A DNA stretch of 62,311 nt, counting the filler. It is 4 parts of 4 records of this genome, joined end to end, with 100 filler letters (N's around TTAATTAATTAA, not from the genome) between each part and the next. Parts side by side here need not be neighbours in the genome. Positions count along the whole stretch, not along the records: positions 49,458 to 62,311 come from DRR378314_452; 3 more parts are not named here. The stretch is one strand, 5' to 3'. A program made the translations under genes and the position numbers. The notes under the pieces were generated by a model that saw only the letters and a list, made by a program, of their open reading frames with translations, had not been told where the DNA came from and did no database searches. How positions within the stretch are numbered: position 1 is the first letter of the stretch; each line of letters begins with the position of its first letter. This document shows positions 50,608 to 59,757 of this stretch, piece after piece.

Positions 50608-50813
50608 GGTGCCCCCATGATGATGCACGCCTTTGAACAGTGCTCATGATCGCTTAATGAGGGGCAGACGATGCGCGATGCGCTCTTGGCCAACGCCGTA
50701 CCTGCGACCTCCACATTATTTAATGAAGGTTAGTCGACAATTCATCCCGTCACCTGCTGATAGTCAACCGGCGGACTGCCTCACGCTTTCTGCGGCGATG
50801 CAGACACAGCTTG

Positions 50814-51806
50814 TTAGCAAAGCGCGTTGATGCGCACCGGAGCAAACTGTCGACGATATTCGCTGGGCGATAGCTGCACTAAGCGATTAAAAAGAGCGCA
50901 AAAGCTTGCCACATCCCGATAGCCAACGCGTTCGGTGATCTGCGCCACGGTCAAGGATGTCGTGCGCAGTAAGCTCTTGGCCATATGCACTCGGTGGCGC
51001 TGCAGGCAGAGTAGCGGTGTGGTGCCACTCTCATTGCGGAAGCGGCGCAGCAGCGTGCGCGTGCTGACATGGAAGGCGTCCGCCAAGCGCTGTAGATCGT
51101 AGGGCTCGGTATATCGCTGCAGTAGCCAGCGCTCAACCTGGGTTGAAAAGCGCTCTTCATTGCTTCGCAACAGCAGTGGTTCGATGTACGGCGCTTGGCT
51201 TTCACGCGCTGGCGGTGTCAGCGCCAAGCCACTTACCTGCTGGGCCAAATCTGGGCTAGCGTGCCTGCGAATCAGGTGCAGAGCGAGGTCTGCTGCGGCG
51301 CTGAATGCGCCAGCCGTGATCACTCCCCTGTCTTCTACCAACAGGGCATCAGAATCTACCTGGACAGCGGGATACAGGCGGGCTAACTGGGGCGAAAATA
51401 GCCATGCTGTCGTTGCACGCCGACCATCTAACAGGCCGGCTTCAGCAAGCAGAAAGGCTCCCGCACAGATAGAAGCCACCGGCACTCCGCTTGAAAAGCA
51501 TCTGCGGATAAAGCGGATTTCCTGGCCGAATTCGTTGAGGTCGTCCCGGCCTATCTCTAGTTGCGCAACATCTATTCCCGGCACAATAAGCAGATCAATC
51601 TTGCCCGTCACGGGAGTCGTATTTAGCTCAATGCATCCGGCAGCCTTAATCCGTCGGCCTCGCACGCTAATCACTTCCACCTGGAACGGAGGCTGATCAT
51701 TGTTCGTGTTGTACTGCGCAACACGGTTAGCCATTAGCAACAAATCGCTAACGGTGCACACTTCCATGCTCAGGCAGTGGTCGAACGCGAGGATCGCGAC
51801 ACGCAT
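50814..51806 (-). CDS. GlxA/FtrA family regulator (DJ-1 plus AraC HTH)
   Basis: SICAGAFLLAEAGLLDGRRATT; C-terminal AraC HTH. Confidence 0.92.
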   Translation of the reverse strand: MRVAILAFDHCLSMEVCTVSDLLLMANRVAQYNTNNDQPPFQVEVISVRGRRIKAAGCIELNTTPVTGKIDLLIVPGIDVAQLEIGRDDLNEFGQEIRFIRRCFSSGVPVASICAGAFLLAEAGLLDGRRATTAWLFSPQLARLYPAVQVDSDALLVEDRGVITAGAFSAAADLALHLIRRHASPDLAQQVSGLALTPPARESQAPYIEPLLLRSNEERFSTQVERWLLQRYTEPYDLQRLADAFHVSTRTLLRRFRNESGTTPLLCLQRHRVHMAKSLLRTTSLTVAQITERVGYRDVASFCALFNRLVQLSPSEYRRQFAPVRINALC

Positions 51807-51827
51807 TGACGGGCTGACCTCCCTAAT

Positions 51828-51860
51828 GGCGTTATCGCCTAATTATATGGCGATAACGCC
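51828..51860. promoter_or_regulatory. Putative GlxA-type operator
   Basis: GGCGTTATCGCC-N9-GGCGATAACGCC perfect inverted repeat in the divergent spacer. Confidence 0.6.
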
Positions 51861-51930
51861 TCTCCTCTCTAGTACCCAGGTACGTGACACTGAGGCCTCG
51901 TTTAAACAGTAAAATCCGAGGGCGAATAGC

Positions 51931-52704
51931 ATGGAGAAACTGGGCTCAATGGCGTGGGGTGAGAAAAGTGACGGTATTTTGTCGTCAACAGACCGCATGA
52001 AAATGCTAGCGGGCCTAGTGCGAGCGCAGCTTGGTGAAACGCTATCGCGCCTAGCGTTAAATCTAGGTGCCTACCAGCGGCAGCGGCGGCGGATAGCCGC
52101 TGATCGCGTTGTAGTGCCGGAATCGTCAATCACACGAATGGCGGATGAACTGGCCGCCCAGCACTACAGCGAGCCATTACGACTGCACTGTTTGCGAACC
52201 TTTTTTTTCGGCCAGCTATGGGCGCAGTTCCATGGGCTACGTATTGATGCTGAAACGCTCTATGTTGCCAGCCTTCTTCATGATCTTGGCCTGACCGGCC
52301 ATTTTCATCAACAAACAGCTTGTTGTGGCTTCGCCATCGTGGGTGCGCGTAGCGCAAGAGATTTAGCGGCAAGCCAGCAATGGCCCCTAGAGCGACAACG
52401 GGCGGTTTACGAAGCGATCAGCTACCATCTCAATCCCTATCTATCTTTGGCCCACCACGAACCCGAGGCCGTTTGTCTGCAACGCGCTGCCCACCTTGAT
52501 GTGATCGGCGCGGGGCATCATCTGTTACCGGATAGCGCAATTACGAAAGTGCACGCCGATTACCCACGCACAGGCTTTCGTGAAGAAATCCTGGCCAGCA
52601 TGACTGAAGTAGTACACGCCCCTGGCTCACATGCGGCCGTTCTCTCGTCATTGGGATTCACCCGCCTTGCCAACCGCAACCCGCTTGATCGTCACTACAG
52701 GTGA
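51931..52704 (+). CDS. HD domain metal-dependent hydrolase
   Basis: HCLRT...LLHDLGL...H...D. Confidence 0.88.
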   Translation: MEKLGSMAWGEKSDGILSSTDRMKMLAGLVRAQLGETLSRLALNLGAYQRQRRRIAADRVVVPESSITRMADELAAQHYSEPLRLHCLRTFFFGQLWAQFHGLRIDAETLYVASLLHDLGLTGHFHQQTACCGFAIVGARSARDLAASQQWPLERQRAVYEAISYHLNPYLSLAHHEPEAVCLQRAAHLDVIGAGHHLLPDSAITKVHADYPRTGFREEILASMTEVVHAPGSHAAVLSSLGFTRLANRNPLDRHYR

Positions 52705-52899
52705 ATAGTGGGCTGTCACGTTAACGGCATCACACACGCTTGCGATTGACTCACGCTCATCGAAAGCAAACGCGGGCTGTTGAATAAGGCGGTGACAGGA
52801 GAGGCAATGAGGATGAGTGGGAAGGAATAACAGCGCGTTTTACAGCGGCCTCAGAAAAGCAGCTCTCAGAAAAGCAGTTCGCCACAGCGCTGGGGGAGA

Positions 52900-53310
52900 T
52901 TACGATGCCGCAATCCTGCTAATCGTGCCAAGAGAAACGGCTACCAGTTTTTCCTCACCATCTGCTTGAGCGTAGACCTTACACTCACAGGTCGCTTGCC
53001 GTTTTCCAGAATATAAGACCGTTGACCTAGCGATCAATTTATCGCCGATCGCGGGTCTCACATAGTTTACTTTGTACTCTGACGTGACACAGCTTCCTAA
53101 CACTGACGCTCCGGCAAAGGTAATACAATTATCCGCCAAGTAGCTAACGACACCACCATGCGCAAAACCATTGTTTTGCTTGAGGTCATCTCTAATCTCA
53201 AGGCTCAACTCAGCACTTCCGGCCTCAAAAGCTTCCAACTTTGTTCCCAACAGCAAGCTGAAAGACTGTTGTGACAGAATCTCTCTTCCTTTCTCTAACA
53301 TATCGCTCAA
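52900..53310 (-). CDS. PaaI family thioesterase
   Basis: QNNGFAHGG, DN, EYKVNYVRPA. Confidence 0.92.
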   Translation of the reverse strand: MSDMLEKGREILSQQSFSLLLGTKLEAFEAGSAELSLEIRDDLKQNNGFAHGGVVSYLADNCITFAGASVLGSCVTSEYKVNYVRPAIGDKLIARSTVLYSGKRQATCECKVYAQADGEEKLVAVSLGTISRIAAS

Positions 53311-53363
53311 TGTTCAGCTCCTTCCCCGTACTCTGGAGATCTAACAACTATTAGACAGCGCTT

Positions 53364-53990
53364 CTATCTCTGCTTCATGAACGCCACAGCCAGACCCGAT
53401 GATACAAACGTAACGCCTGCTCCAATATTTAACCCAGAAACCAATTTGGGTTTGTTTCTCAGCCATTCCGATAACCTAGATGAAAACACGCCCATAAGGC
53501 TGAAACCTAGCGCTGTTAAAACCGCAAACCAAACCCCATAGCCAATCATTTGCCAGGTCACAGAGCCTAAATTGGGGTTTACAAACTGGGGGACAAACGC
53601 GAGCACAAACATACCCGGCTTAGGGTTGAGTGCCGCTGAAAGAAAGCCTGTTGAGAATATCGTTTTTAAAGACTGTTTTTTTGCAGGCTCTAAGGAAAAT
53701 AGATTTCGAGAGCGAAGGACTTTAACGCCTAACCAAATGAGATAGCCCGCACCAATAATCTTGACCACATAGAACGCCAGCTCGGACGTTTGAATTAAAA
53801 GAGTCAGCCCAAATGTCGCCGCTAGCACGTGGAATAGAATTCCCATTCCAGACGATAAACCGGAAACAGTTGCGGCCAATCTACCCTGGCTTAAACCTCG
53901 TCCTATCGCCAGCATGTTATCTGGCCCAGGGGAAATAACTAACAGCAAACATGCCAGTGTATATGTAGCCAACACCTCTAGTGGAAACAT
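53364..53990 (-). CDS. LysE/RhtB family exporter
   Basis: SPGPD, GAGYLIWLG, LNPK. Confidence 0.93.
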   Translation of the reverse strand: MFPLEVLATYTLACLLLVISPGPDNMLAIGRGLSQGRLAATVSGLSSGMGILFHVLAATFGLTLLIQTSELAFYVVKIIGAGYLIWLGVKVLRSRNLFSLEPAKKQSLKTIFSTGFLSAALNPKPGMFVLAFVPQFVNPNLGSVTWQMIGYGVWFAVLTALGFSLMGVFSSRLSEWLRNKPKLVSGLNIGAGVTFVSSGLAVAFMKQR

Positions 53991-54010
53991 GTCATCTCCT
54001 TCTACCTGTA

Positions 54011-54073
54011 ACCGAACGCCATCGCCAGCGGGACTTCCTGCTCAGGTGGTGGTTAACAACGCTATTGTTAGGT
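54011..54073 (-). mobile_element. Degenerate attC-like site
   Basis: Minus strand ACCTAAC...GTTCGGT spanning 63 bp, directly before the lysE RBS. Confidence 0.45.
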
Positions 54074-54277
54074 TCGTTGAGTTATATAGCAGAGAACTCT
54101 ATTAACTATCTAGCCTGCAGCAGCCCTCCTCGCGGGTGCGCCGGAGGCTTACCACGCGCTACATAACCATAAGTCTTCATCTGTCGCCGCTGTTTCGCAC
54201 AAACGTCAGCCGTGAGGCAGCTTTACTTTTGCCTTGATGTAAGCTGTTGCATGGATTAGCGCAAGCTTGCGAGCATC

Positions 54278-55717
54278 TTAATGGATTGTATGAGAGGCAA
54301 GACACACACGGTCTCTACCTTCTTGCTTGGCTTTGTACATAGCCTCATCAGCACGAGCCAGTAAGCTTTCGGGAGACTCTCCATTTTCCAACATGGCGAC
54401 CCCAACACTTATGCTTAGCGTAGTAGACTCTCCGCTGCCAAAATCGACCGGCGAAACCGCTAAACGCTTTCTCAGATTATTGCCCAATTTCTGGCTGGCT
54501 TCCAAGTTTGCACCGGGTAGGAAAAAGACAAATTCTTCCCCTCCTATACGGCCACAAAAATCAGTTTTGCGCCCTACCTCTGATGCTAAACGAGCAAATT
54601 CAGTCAATGCTAAATCACCTGCAGCATGCCCCCATTTATCATTAATCTTTTTGAAATAATCAATATCTATCGAAAGAACACTGAAACTATTACCAAACCG
54701 TGATGCTTGGTTTACTAGTTCACTCAGGCGCTCCATTGTTGCGCGTCGATTTGGCAAACCAGTCAATCCATCAATACTAGCAAGGCGTTTCATTTCCTCC
54801 TCAGACTGCTTCTTATACAGGAGATAACTAACAGTATCTGAAAGCAACGCAACAAGAATATGATCATCCTTGCAAAATGGCTCAACCGGAGAAGGGCTAG
54901 AAAAATTAATAGTTCCATATAGCTGGCCAGACAACCATATCGGAGCTCCTATATACGACTCCAATTTGAAGTTTGCGTAGCATGGATGGTTTTGAATTTC
55001 ACTTTTCGCCACGAAATGAAAACCGACCGACTTACCCGCACTTAACGTGTGAACACAATAAGTTCCCGATAAGTCAAACGTTGTTAATGGTTCCAGCTCT
55101 CCTTTGAGATCAACGCAGTATTCGATGGTGTATTGGCTTCCCACAATACGAGAAACAATCGCTTTTTCGAGACCAAAGTGGTCCAGGCCAACCCGAAGCA
55201 ATCGTTCTATTTTATTACTCTGGCTCAGCGCGACATCTGAAGTTATGTTTTGGATCTTTTGTAGGGTATCCAAAGATTGATCTGTTGAGCGAGCTGGGCG
55301 GACAATACCAATAAATCCGGTTACTGTCCCATCCTTAGCCCGCATAACTGCCCCCGTCGTCAGGCCAAAAAACTGCTCTCCATCCGAGCGGCGATATGCA
55401 ACTCTGTAGTTCTCCGCAGCTATTTTGCTAGAAGTATTAAAACGTATCCGACCTTGTTCGAAAAAATCGTTTTCATCGGCGTACAGTATTTTTGCCTCTT
55501 CACCATACAGCGCGTTCTTTGAGTATCCAAACAGCCGCTCTGTCGCAGAATTCACATAAACCATACGACGACTTGCGTCGGTAATGACAACGGCTTCTTC
55601 AAAAGCGTCGAATACTTCGGTGAAGAGTGATGGTGAAATCGAATTTACGCCGCCGCCATCAACTAAAGCTTTAGTCGTTTCTCCTAGCTTATCGTCTTTC
55701 ATAGACACACCTTTCAT
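54278..55717 (-). CDS. PAS-GAF-GGDEF diguanylate cyclase
   Basis: PAS and GAF domains; DGLTGLPNR, DIDYFKKIND, RIGGEEF. Confidence 0.93.
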   Translation of the reverse strand: MKGVSMKDDKLGETTKALVDGGGVNSISPSLFTEVFDAFEEAVVITDASRRMVYVNSATERLFGYSKNALYGEEAKILYADENDFFEQGRIRFNTSSKIAAENYRVAYRRSDGEQFFGLTTGAVMRAKDGTVTGFIGIVRPARSTDQSLDTLQKIQNITSDVALSQSNKIERLLRVGLDHFGLEKAIVSRIVGSQYTIEYCVDLKGELEPLTTFDLSGTYCVHTLSAGKSVGFHFVAKSEIQNHPCYANFKLESYIGAPIWLSGQLYGTINFSSPSPVEPFCKDDHILVALLSDTVSYLLYKKQSEEEMKRLASIDGLTGLPNRRATMERLSELVNQASRFGNSFSVLSIDIDYFKKINDKWGHAAGDLALTEFARLASEVGRKTDFCGRIGGEEFVFFLPGANLEASQKLGNNLRKRLAVSPVDFGSGESTTLSISVGVAMLENGESPESLLARADEAMYKAKQEGRDRVCLASHTIH

Positions 55718-56135
55718 GAAACCATGCGACTTTATCCAGCAATAGTTGACACTGATTTAAGCGATCATTCGGGCTTCGAAAGTCTCTGGGCTGATCATAT
55801 CCCGTTAGCACTGTGCCGCCGTTGTTTGTTGTACTCCACGATGTACTCAAACACCTGACACCTCATATCGCCTCGCATTTTAAATGGCTACCCATGGATA
55901 GCCATCTCACAGTACCTTTTATGATCTGCTCCTGCATGTTGAGTCTGACCTCCATGATAGCTCTCTAGGCGAGTGAGGGTGACTCAGACAAGCGGTAGCA
56001 TTCAAAACGGCAATTCCCATTAGCAGGCTAATCGATGCTAATAAGCTGTGGCATGGCAGGTAGCCACTTTCACGGCTTTCAAACCTTTGGTGATGGCGAG
56101 CATCAGGGCGCCCTTAGCAAAACACATTGTTTTAT

Positions 56136-56423
56136 TTAGTGAAGTTGCTCAAAGACTTCAGGGTGTTGCTCAGCAATTCGCAACAGAGCAACTGCCGGGC
56201 CTTGAGGCTCTCTGCGGCCTTGTTCCCAGTCCTGAAGTGTGCGTATGCTGACCCCAAGAAGACCTGCAAAGGCTGATTGCGATAGGTTCAGTTTATGCCG
56301 AATTATTTGAGGGGGTGAGGGCTCTGCTAACTCATGAGTTCGCAGAGCTACTTTGCCTTTCTTGAACTGTTTGATCTCATTGATACCGTCTAGAATCTCT
56401 GCCCCAAGGTTTCTATCAACCAT
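56136..56423 (-). CDS. HigA/NadS-like XRE antitoxin
   Basis: IRHKLNLSQSAFAGLLGVSIRTLQDWEQGRREP. Confidence 0.88.
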   Translation of the reverse strand: MVDRNLGAEILDGINEIKQFKKGKVALRTHELAEPSPPQIIRHKLNLSQSAFAGLLGVSIRTLQDWEQGRREPQGPAVALLRIAEQHPEVFEQLH

Positions 56424-56529
56424 TTTTGATTGCCTCCGCTATTTGCTTGAGCATGTGCCCAGGAATACTGGCACGCTCCGTTTTACTGTACAGCGTGAGC
56501 ATCCATATCTCGTGATCGGATGCTTTCAT
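56416..56529 (-). pseudogene. C-terminal remnant of a RelE/HigB toxin
   Basis: KASDHEIWMLTLYSKTERASIPGHMLKQIAEAIKNG* overlapping the antitoxin start. Confidence 0.7.
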
Positions 56530-56573
56530 CAAGTTGGTCAGAACGCTTTGTGCTAACACAAATTGCCATCTAT

Positions 56574-56909
56574 TCAGGCTTTTTTCACAAACTGGGCGGT
56601 GACCATCATGTCGCCAGCGCCATCGACCTTGCAGTCGAGCTGATGGTCTTTGCCTTCCTTAAGCCGCTTGATAACGGCCTTGGTGCCAATCTTAAGCACG
56701 ATTGAGCTGCCTTTGACCTTGAGGTCTTTGATAAGCGTTACCTTGTCGCCTTCAGCAAGCAGGGTGCCATTGGCATCTTTCACCGTGACGGTGTCTTCCG
56801 CTTCAACCTCGGAAGGATTCCATTCGTGGGCGCATTCCGGGCAGATGAAAAGGCTTTGATCCTGGTAGACGAATTCAGATTGGCAATTGGGGCAAGGTGG
56901 GCATGACAT
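56574..56909 (-). CDS. yjdM: PhnA/YjdM zinc-ribbon protein
   Basis: CPNC...[13 protein letters not shown]...[14 protein letters not shown]. Confidence 0.92.
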   Translation of the reverse strand: MSCPPCPNCQSEFVYQDQSLFICPECAHEWNPSEVEAEDTVTVKDANGTLLAEGDKVTLIKDLKVKGSSIVLKIGTKAVIKRLKEGKDHQLDCKVDGAGDMMVTAQFVKKA

Positions 56910-57030
56910 GGGAGGAAACTTCTGTGGTTGGATTGGCTGCTTATGATACTGAGCCTTTGCAGCCTTGGCGAATGCACACAGGCAGGTTCACTGGGAAGCG
57001 GTGCCTGTTGATGGCTCAGTGCTTGAATCG

Positions 57031-57054
57031 TCGCGGGCTAAAGCCACCTCCTAC
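57031..57054 (-). repeat. GTAG-family REP element
   Basis: Minus strand GTAGGAGGTGGCTTTAGCCCGCGA. Confidence 0.7.
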
Positions 57055-57156
57055 AGGGCGTTTTTATAGTTGGGGATGATGGGTTGGCTACCTGAAGATA
57101 GGCATAATTTGATTAGCTGTTTTGCCCTCTTCCTAGTTTGAGAAAATCTCTTGATA

Positions 57157-57188
57157 ATAGGACATAGCCTATATAGGATAAAACCTAT
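57157..57188. promoter_or_regulatory. Tandem palindromic operator of the TA operon
   Basis: ATAGG-N6-CCTAT twice, adjacent (57157-57172, 57173-57188). Confidence 0.7.
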
Positions 57189-57205
57189 AAACAAAAGAGG
57201 TCTCC

Positions 57206-57550
57206 ATGTGGTCTATCGAGCAAACAGACACATTTGAAGCGTGGTTCTTCTCATTGGAAGAAATTGAACGTGAGAACGTTCTGGCTTCTGTACTCCTTCT
57301 ACGTGAACGGGGCCCGATGCTTTCAAGGCCGCACGCTGACACTGTAAACGGCTCGCAGCATTCCAACATGAAGGAATTGCGTGTTCAGTGCCAGGGACGT
57401 CCTATCAGAGTATTTTTTGCGTTTGATCCACGTCGCACAGGCATCTTGCTATGCGCAGGCGATAAAGGTGGAAATGACAAGCGCTTCTATAATGAGATGA
57501 TTCCAGTCGCCGATAAAGAATATACGGCTCACCTGGAAACACTAAAGTGA
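57206..57550 (+). CDS. RelE/ParE (Gp49-like, HigB) toxin
   Basis: GPMLSRPHADT, MKELR, FAFDPRR..ILLCAGDK. Confidence 0.92.
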   Translation: MWSIEQTDTFEAWFFSLEEIERENVLASVLLLRERGPMLSRPHADTVNGSQHSNMKELRVQCQGRPIRVFFAFDPRRTGILLCAGDKGGNDKRFYNEMIPVADKEYTAHLETLK

Positions 57551-57560
57551 GGTGGTAACC

Positions 57561-57863
57561 ATGGCACGCAAACTGGAAGACTTGTTAGCAAGAGAAAAGC
57601 CTGAGATCGTTGCGGCAGCTGAGGCGAAAGCCAACGATATGTTATTCGAGATCAGGCTTGCCGAAATTCGTCAGCTAGCGGAGAAAACCCAAGCAGACAT
57701 AGCTATTGCGATGGGAGTAAAACAACCCACCGTCGCAGGACTTGAGAAAGTTGGCCAGGATATGCGCCTTAGTTCACTCAAACGCTACGTCGAAGCGCTA
57801 GGCGGCCGAGTCCGTGTCGATATAGAACTTCCCGATGGAAGTCATCATGGCTTCCCTGTATAG
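57561..57863 (+). CDS. XRE family antitoxin
   Basis: LAEIRQ..TQADIA..MGVKQPTV..LE; LSSLKRYVEALGG. Confidence 0.92.
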   Translation: MARKLEDLLAREKPEIVAAAEAKANDMLFEIRLAEIRQLAEKTQADIAIAMGVKQPTVAGLEKVGQDMRLSSLKRYVEALGGRVRVDIELPDGSHHGFPV

Positions 57864-57930
57864 CTGTCCCCAACAAGCTGTTTAGACTTACGCCGTTTTT
57901 TAGTAATGCATCACACCTCGAATACTTAGA

Positions 57931-59544
57931 TCAAACCGGCTCCAGGTGCCAGCCTTGCTCGGTTGCTAACAGGCGGTCTGTTAGCGCTAGGTTTTCCAGG
58001 AAGGCATCGTCGTGGGATACCACCACTAACGCGCCTTGGTAACTGCGCAGCATGGTTTCTAAGGCTTGCGCTGAAGGCAAATCAAGGTGGTTATTTGGCT
58101 CGTCCAGGAGCAATAGTTGCGGTGGGGAATCGGCGTAGAGGATGCAGGCCAGTGCGCCTTTCAAGCGCTCGCCACCGCTTAGCCGCCCACTGGGCGTGGT
58201 GATTTTTTGCGCGTCCAGACCTAGCTGGGCAAGCCGCATGCGCAGATCCCCTTCGCTGGCGGTTCGGTTGGCTTGCTGCAGTTGTGCGAGTAGCGTCTTT
58301 GCTGGGTCTAAGTTCCCCAGTTGCTGGTCGAGATAGGCGCTTTCAGGCGTTATGTTGCAGGCTCCTGACAAGGGCTCAATGTGGCCCGCCAGCACGCGGA
58401 GCAACGTAGATTTACCACAGCCATTTGGGCCAATAATGCCTAGTCGATGCTGCCCTCTCAGCATGAGATTGATGTGCCTAGTAGCGCCCATAACGAACGG
58501 TAGCTCAACCCTTTCTAACTCCGCCAAACAGCGCTTGGCGGTCTGGGTAACGGGTATTTCATGCAGGTTGATGTGTCGCTCGTTTTCAACCTGCTTTGCG
58601 GAGTCACGCACACGTTGGTTTAGCTGCGCCTGACTGGCCGCCTGCTTTTGGCGCAGCGCGCCCGCCGAGGTTTCGCTGCGCTCTTGCTGGCGATCTAACA
58701 GGATCTTAGCCTGGTTGGCTTCCTTGCCCAGCCGGTTGCCGCGAGCCTGGCGTTTCTCTTGACGTTCACGCTGCTTGCGCATCGCGCGCTCTTCGCGTTG
58801 ACGTTCGAGTTTTCGCTGGCTGAGCTGATCAAGGGCAGCCTGCTGCTCGTGCGCTTTGGCTTGAGCATAGAACGTGTAGTTGCCGCCGTAGCTGTGCAGC
58901 CCTAATGGAGATAGTTCCACGATACGTTCCATGGCTTCCAGCAGTTGTCGGTCATGGCTCACCACAATCAGCCCACGCGGCCAGCGCTGCAGCTGTTCAA
59001 TAAGTGCCTGCCGATTGGGTCGGTCGAGATGATTGCTTGGCTCATCAAGAATCAGGCAATCCGCTCCCGAGAGCATGGCGCCCATTAAGGCCACGCGCAT
59101 GGCTTCGCCGCCGCTCAATGTGCTCGCAGGTGTGCTGGCCTCAAGATAGCCGAGGCCATTGCGTTCAAGTTCGTGGCGAAATCGCTGGGGCATGTCCCAA
59201 CGATCCTCGACTGCCTCAAAATCCTCAGGCGCTGTGCTGCCAGCTTCAATACGTGCCAGCGCATCCAGCGTTGTTCGAACACCTGCAAGATCAGCGACAC
59301 AAGAACCCTTCGGCTGGGCTACCTGCTGGGCAAGGTAATGGACGCTGCCGGGGCGCTGACAATGGCCAGTGGTTGGCTGCAATAGGCCCGCGAGGATTTG
59401 GGCTAGGACTGTTTTGCCGACACCATTACGCCCCACCAACCCGGTTGGGCGGTTATCGAACTGCTCGTGAAGATCAGTGAAAAGCGTTCTGCCATCCGAC
59501 AGAACGTAGGAAACACCTTTTAAGGTGAGATAGGTATTTGTCAT
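57931..59544 (-). CDS. ABC-F family ATPase
   Basis: Two NBDs (GRNGVGKT/LSGGE/DEPSNHLD; GPNGCGKS/LSGGE/DEPNNHLD), coiled linker, no TM domain. Confidence 0.92.
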   Translation of the reverse strand: MTNTYLTLKGVSYVLSDGRTLFTDLHEQFDNRPTGLVGRNGVGKTVLAQILAGLLQPTTGHCQRPGSVHYLAQQVAQPKGSCVADLAGVRTTLDALARIEAGSTAPEDFEAVEDRWDMPQRFRHELERNGLGYLEASTPASTLSGGEAMRVALMGAMLSGADCLILDEPSNHLDRPNRQALIEQLQRWPRGLIVVSHDRQLLEAMERIVELSPLGLHSYGGNYTFYAQAKAHEQQAALDQLSQRKLERQREERAMRKQRERQEKRQARGNRLGKEANQAKILLDRQQERSETSAGALRQKQAASQAQLNQRVRDSAKQVENERHINLHEIPVTQTAKRCLAELERVELPFVMGATRHINLMLRGQHRLGIIGPNGCGKSTLLRVLAGHIEPLSGACNITPESAYLDQQLGNLDPAKTLLAQLQQANRTASEGDLRMRLAQLGLDAQKITTPSGRLSGGERLKGALACILYADSPPQLLLLDEPNNHLDLPSAQALETMLRSYQGALVVVSHDDAFLENLALTDRLLATEQGWHLEPV

Positions 59545-59657
59545 GTGTGATTCCAACGATGCCAAGAACTCTCTCTTGAACCCTCCCAAGAACCATTTCA
59601 AAGACGATCCTTGCTACTGGGGGCTGGTGGAGACTGGCCGTTATTGCAACGGCGGCA

Positions 59658-59669
59658 TCAATGGTTCAT
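59658..59669 (-). promoter_or_regulatory. Putative 3-codon leader ORF (M-N-H-stop) of the ABC-F gene
   Basis: Minus strand GAGG-TATTTGTCCA-ATG AAC CAT TGA. Confidence 0.5.
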
Positions 59670-59757
59670 TGGACAAATACCTCTGCTAAACGTGGGAAGA
59701 TTTAAACCATAATACAAATAACACTCGCTAGCTATGAGCTGTTAGGAAGATTTTCGC

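Noticed and set aside
52848..52876. CTCAGAAAAGCAG tandem duplication
   Set aside because: Two adjacent copies; a slippage duplication with no evident function
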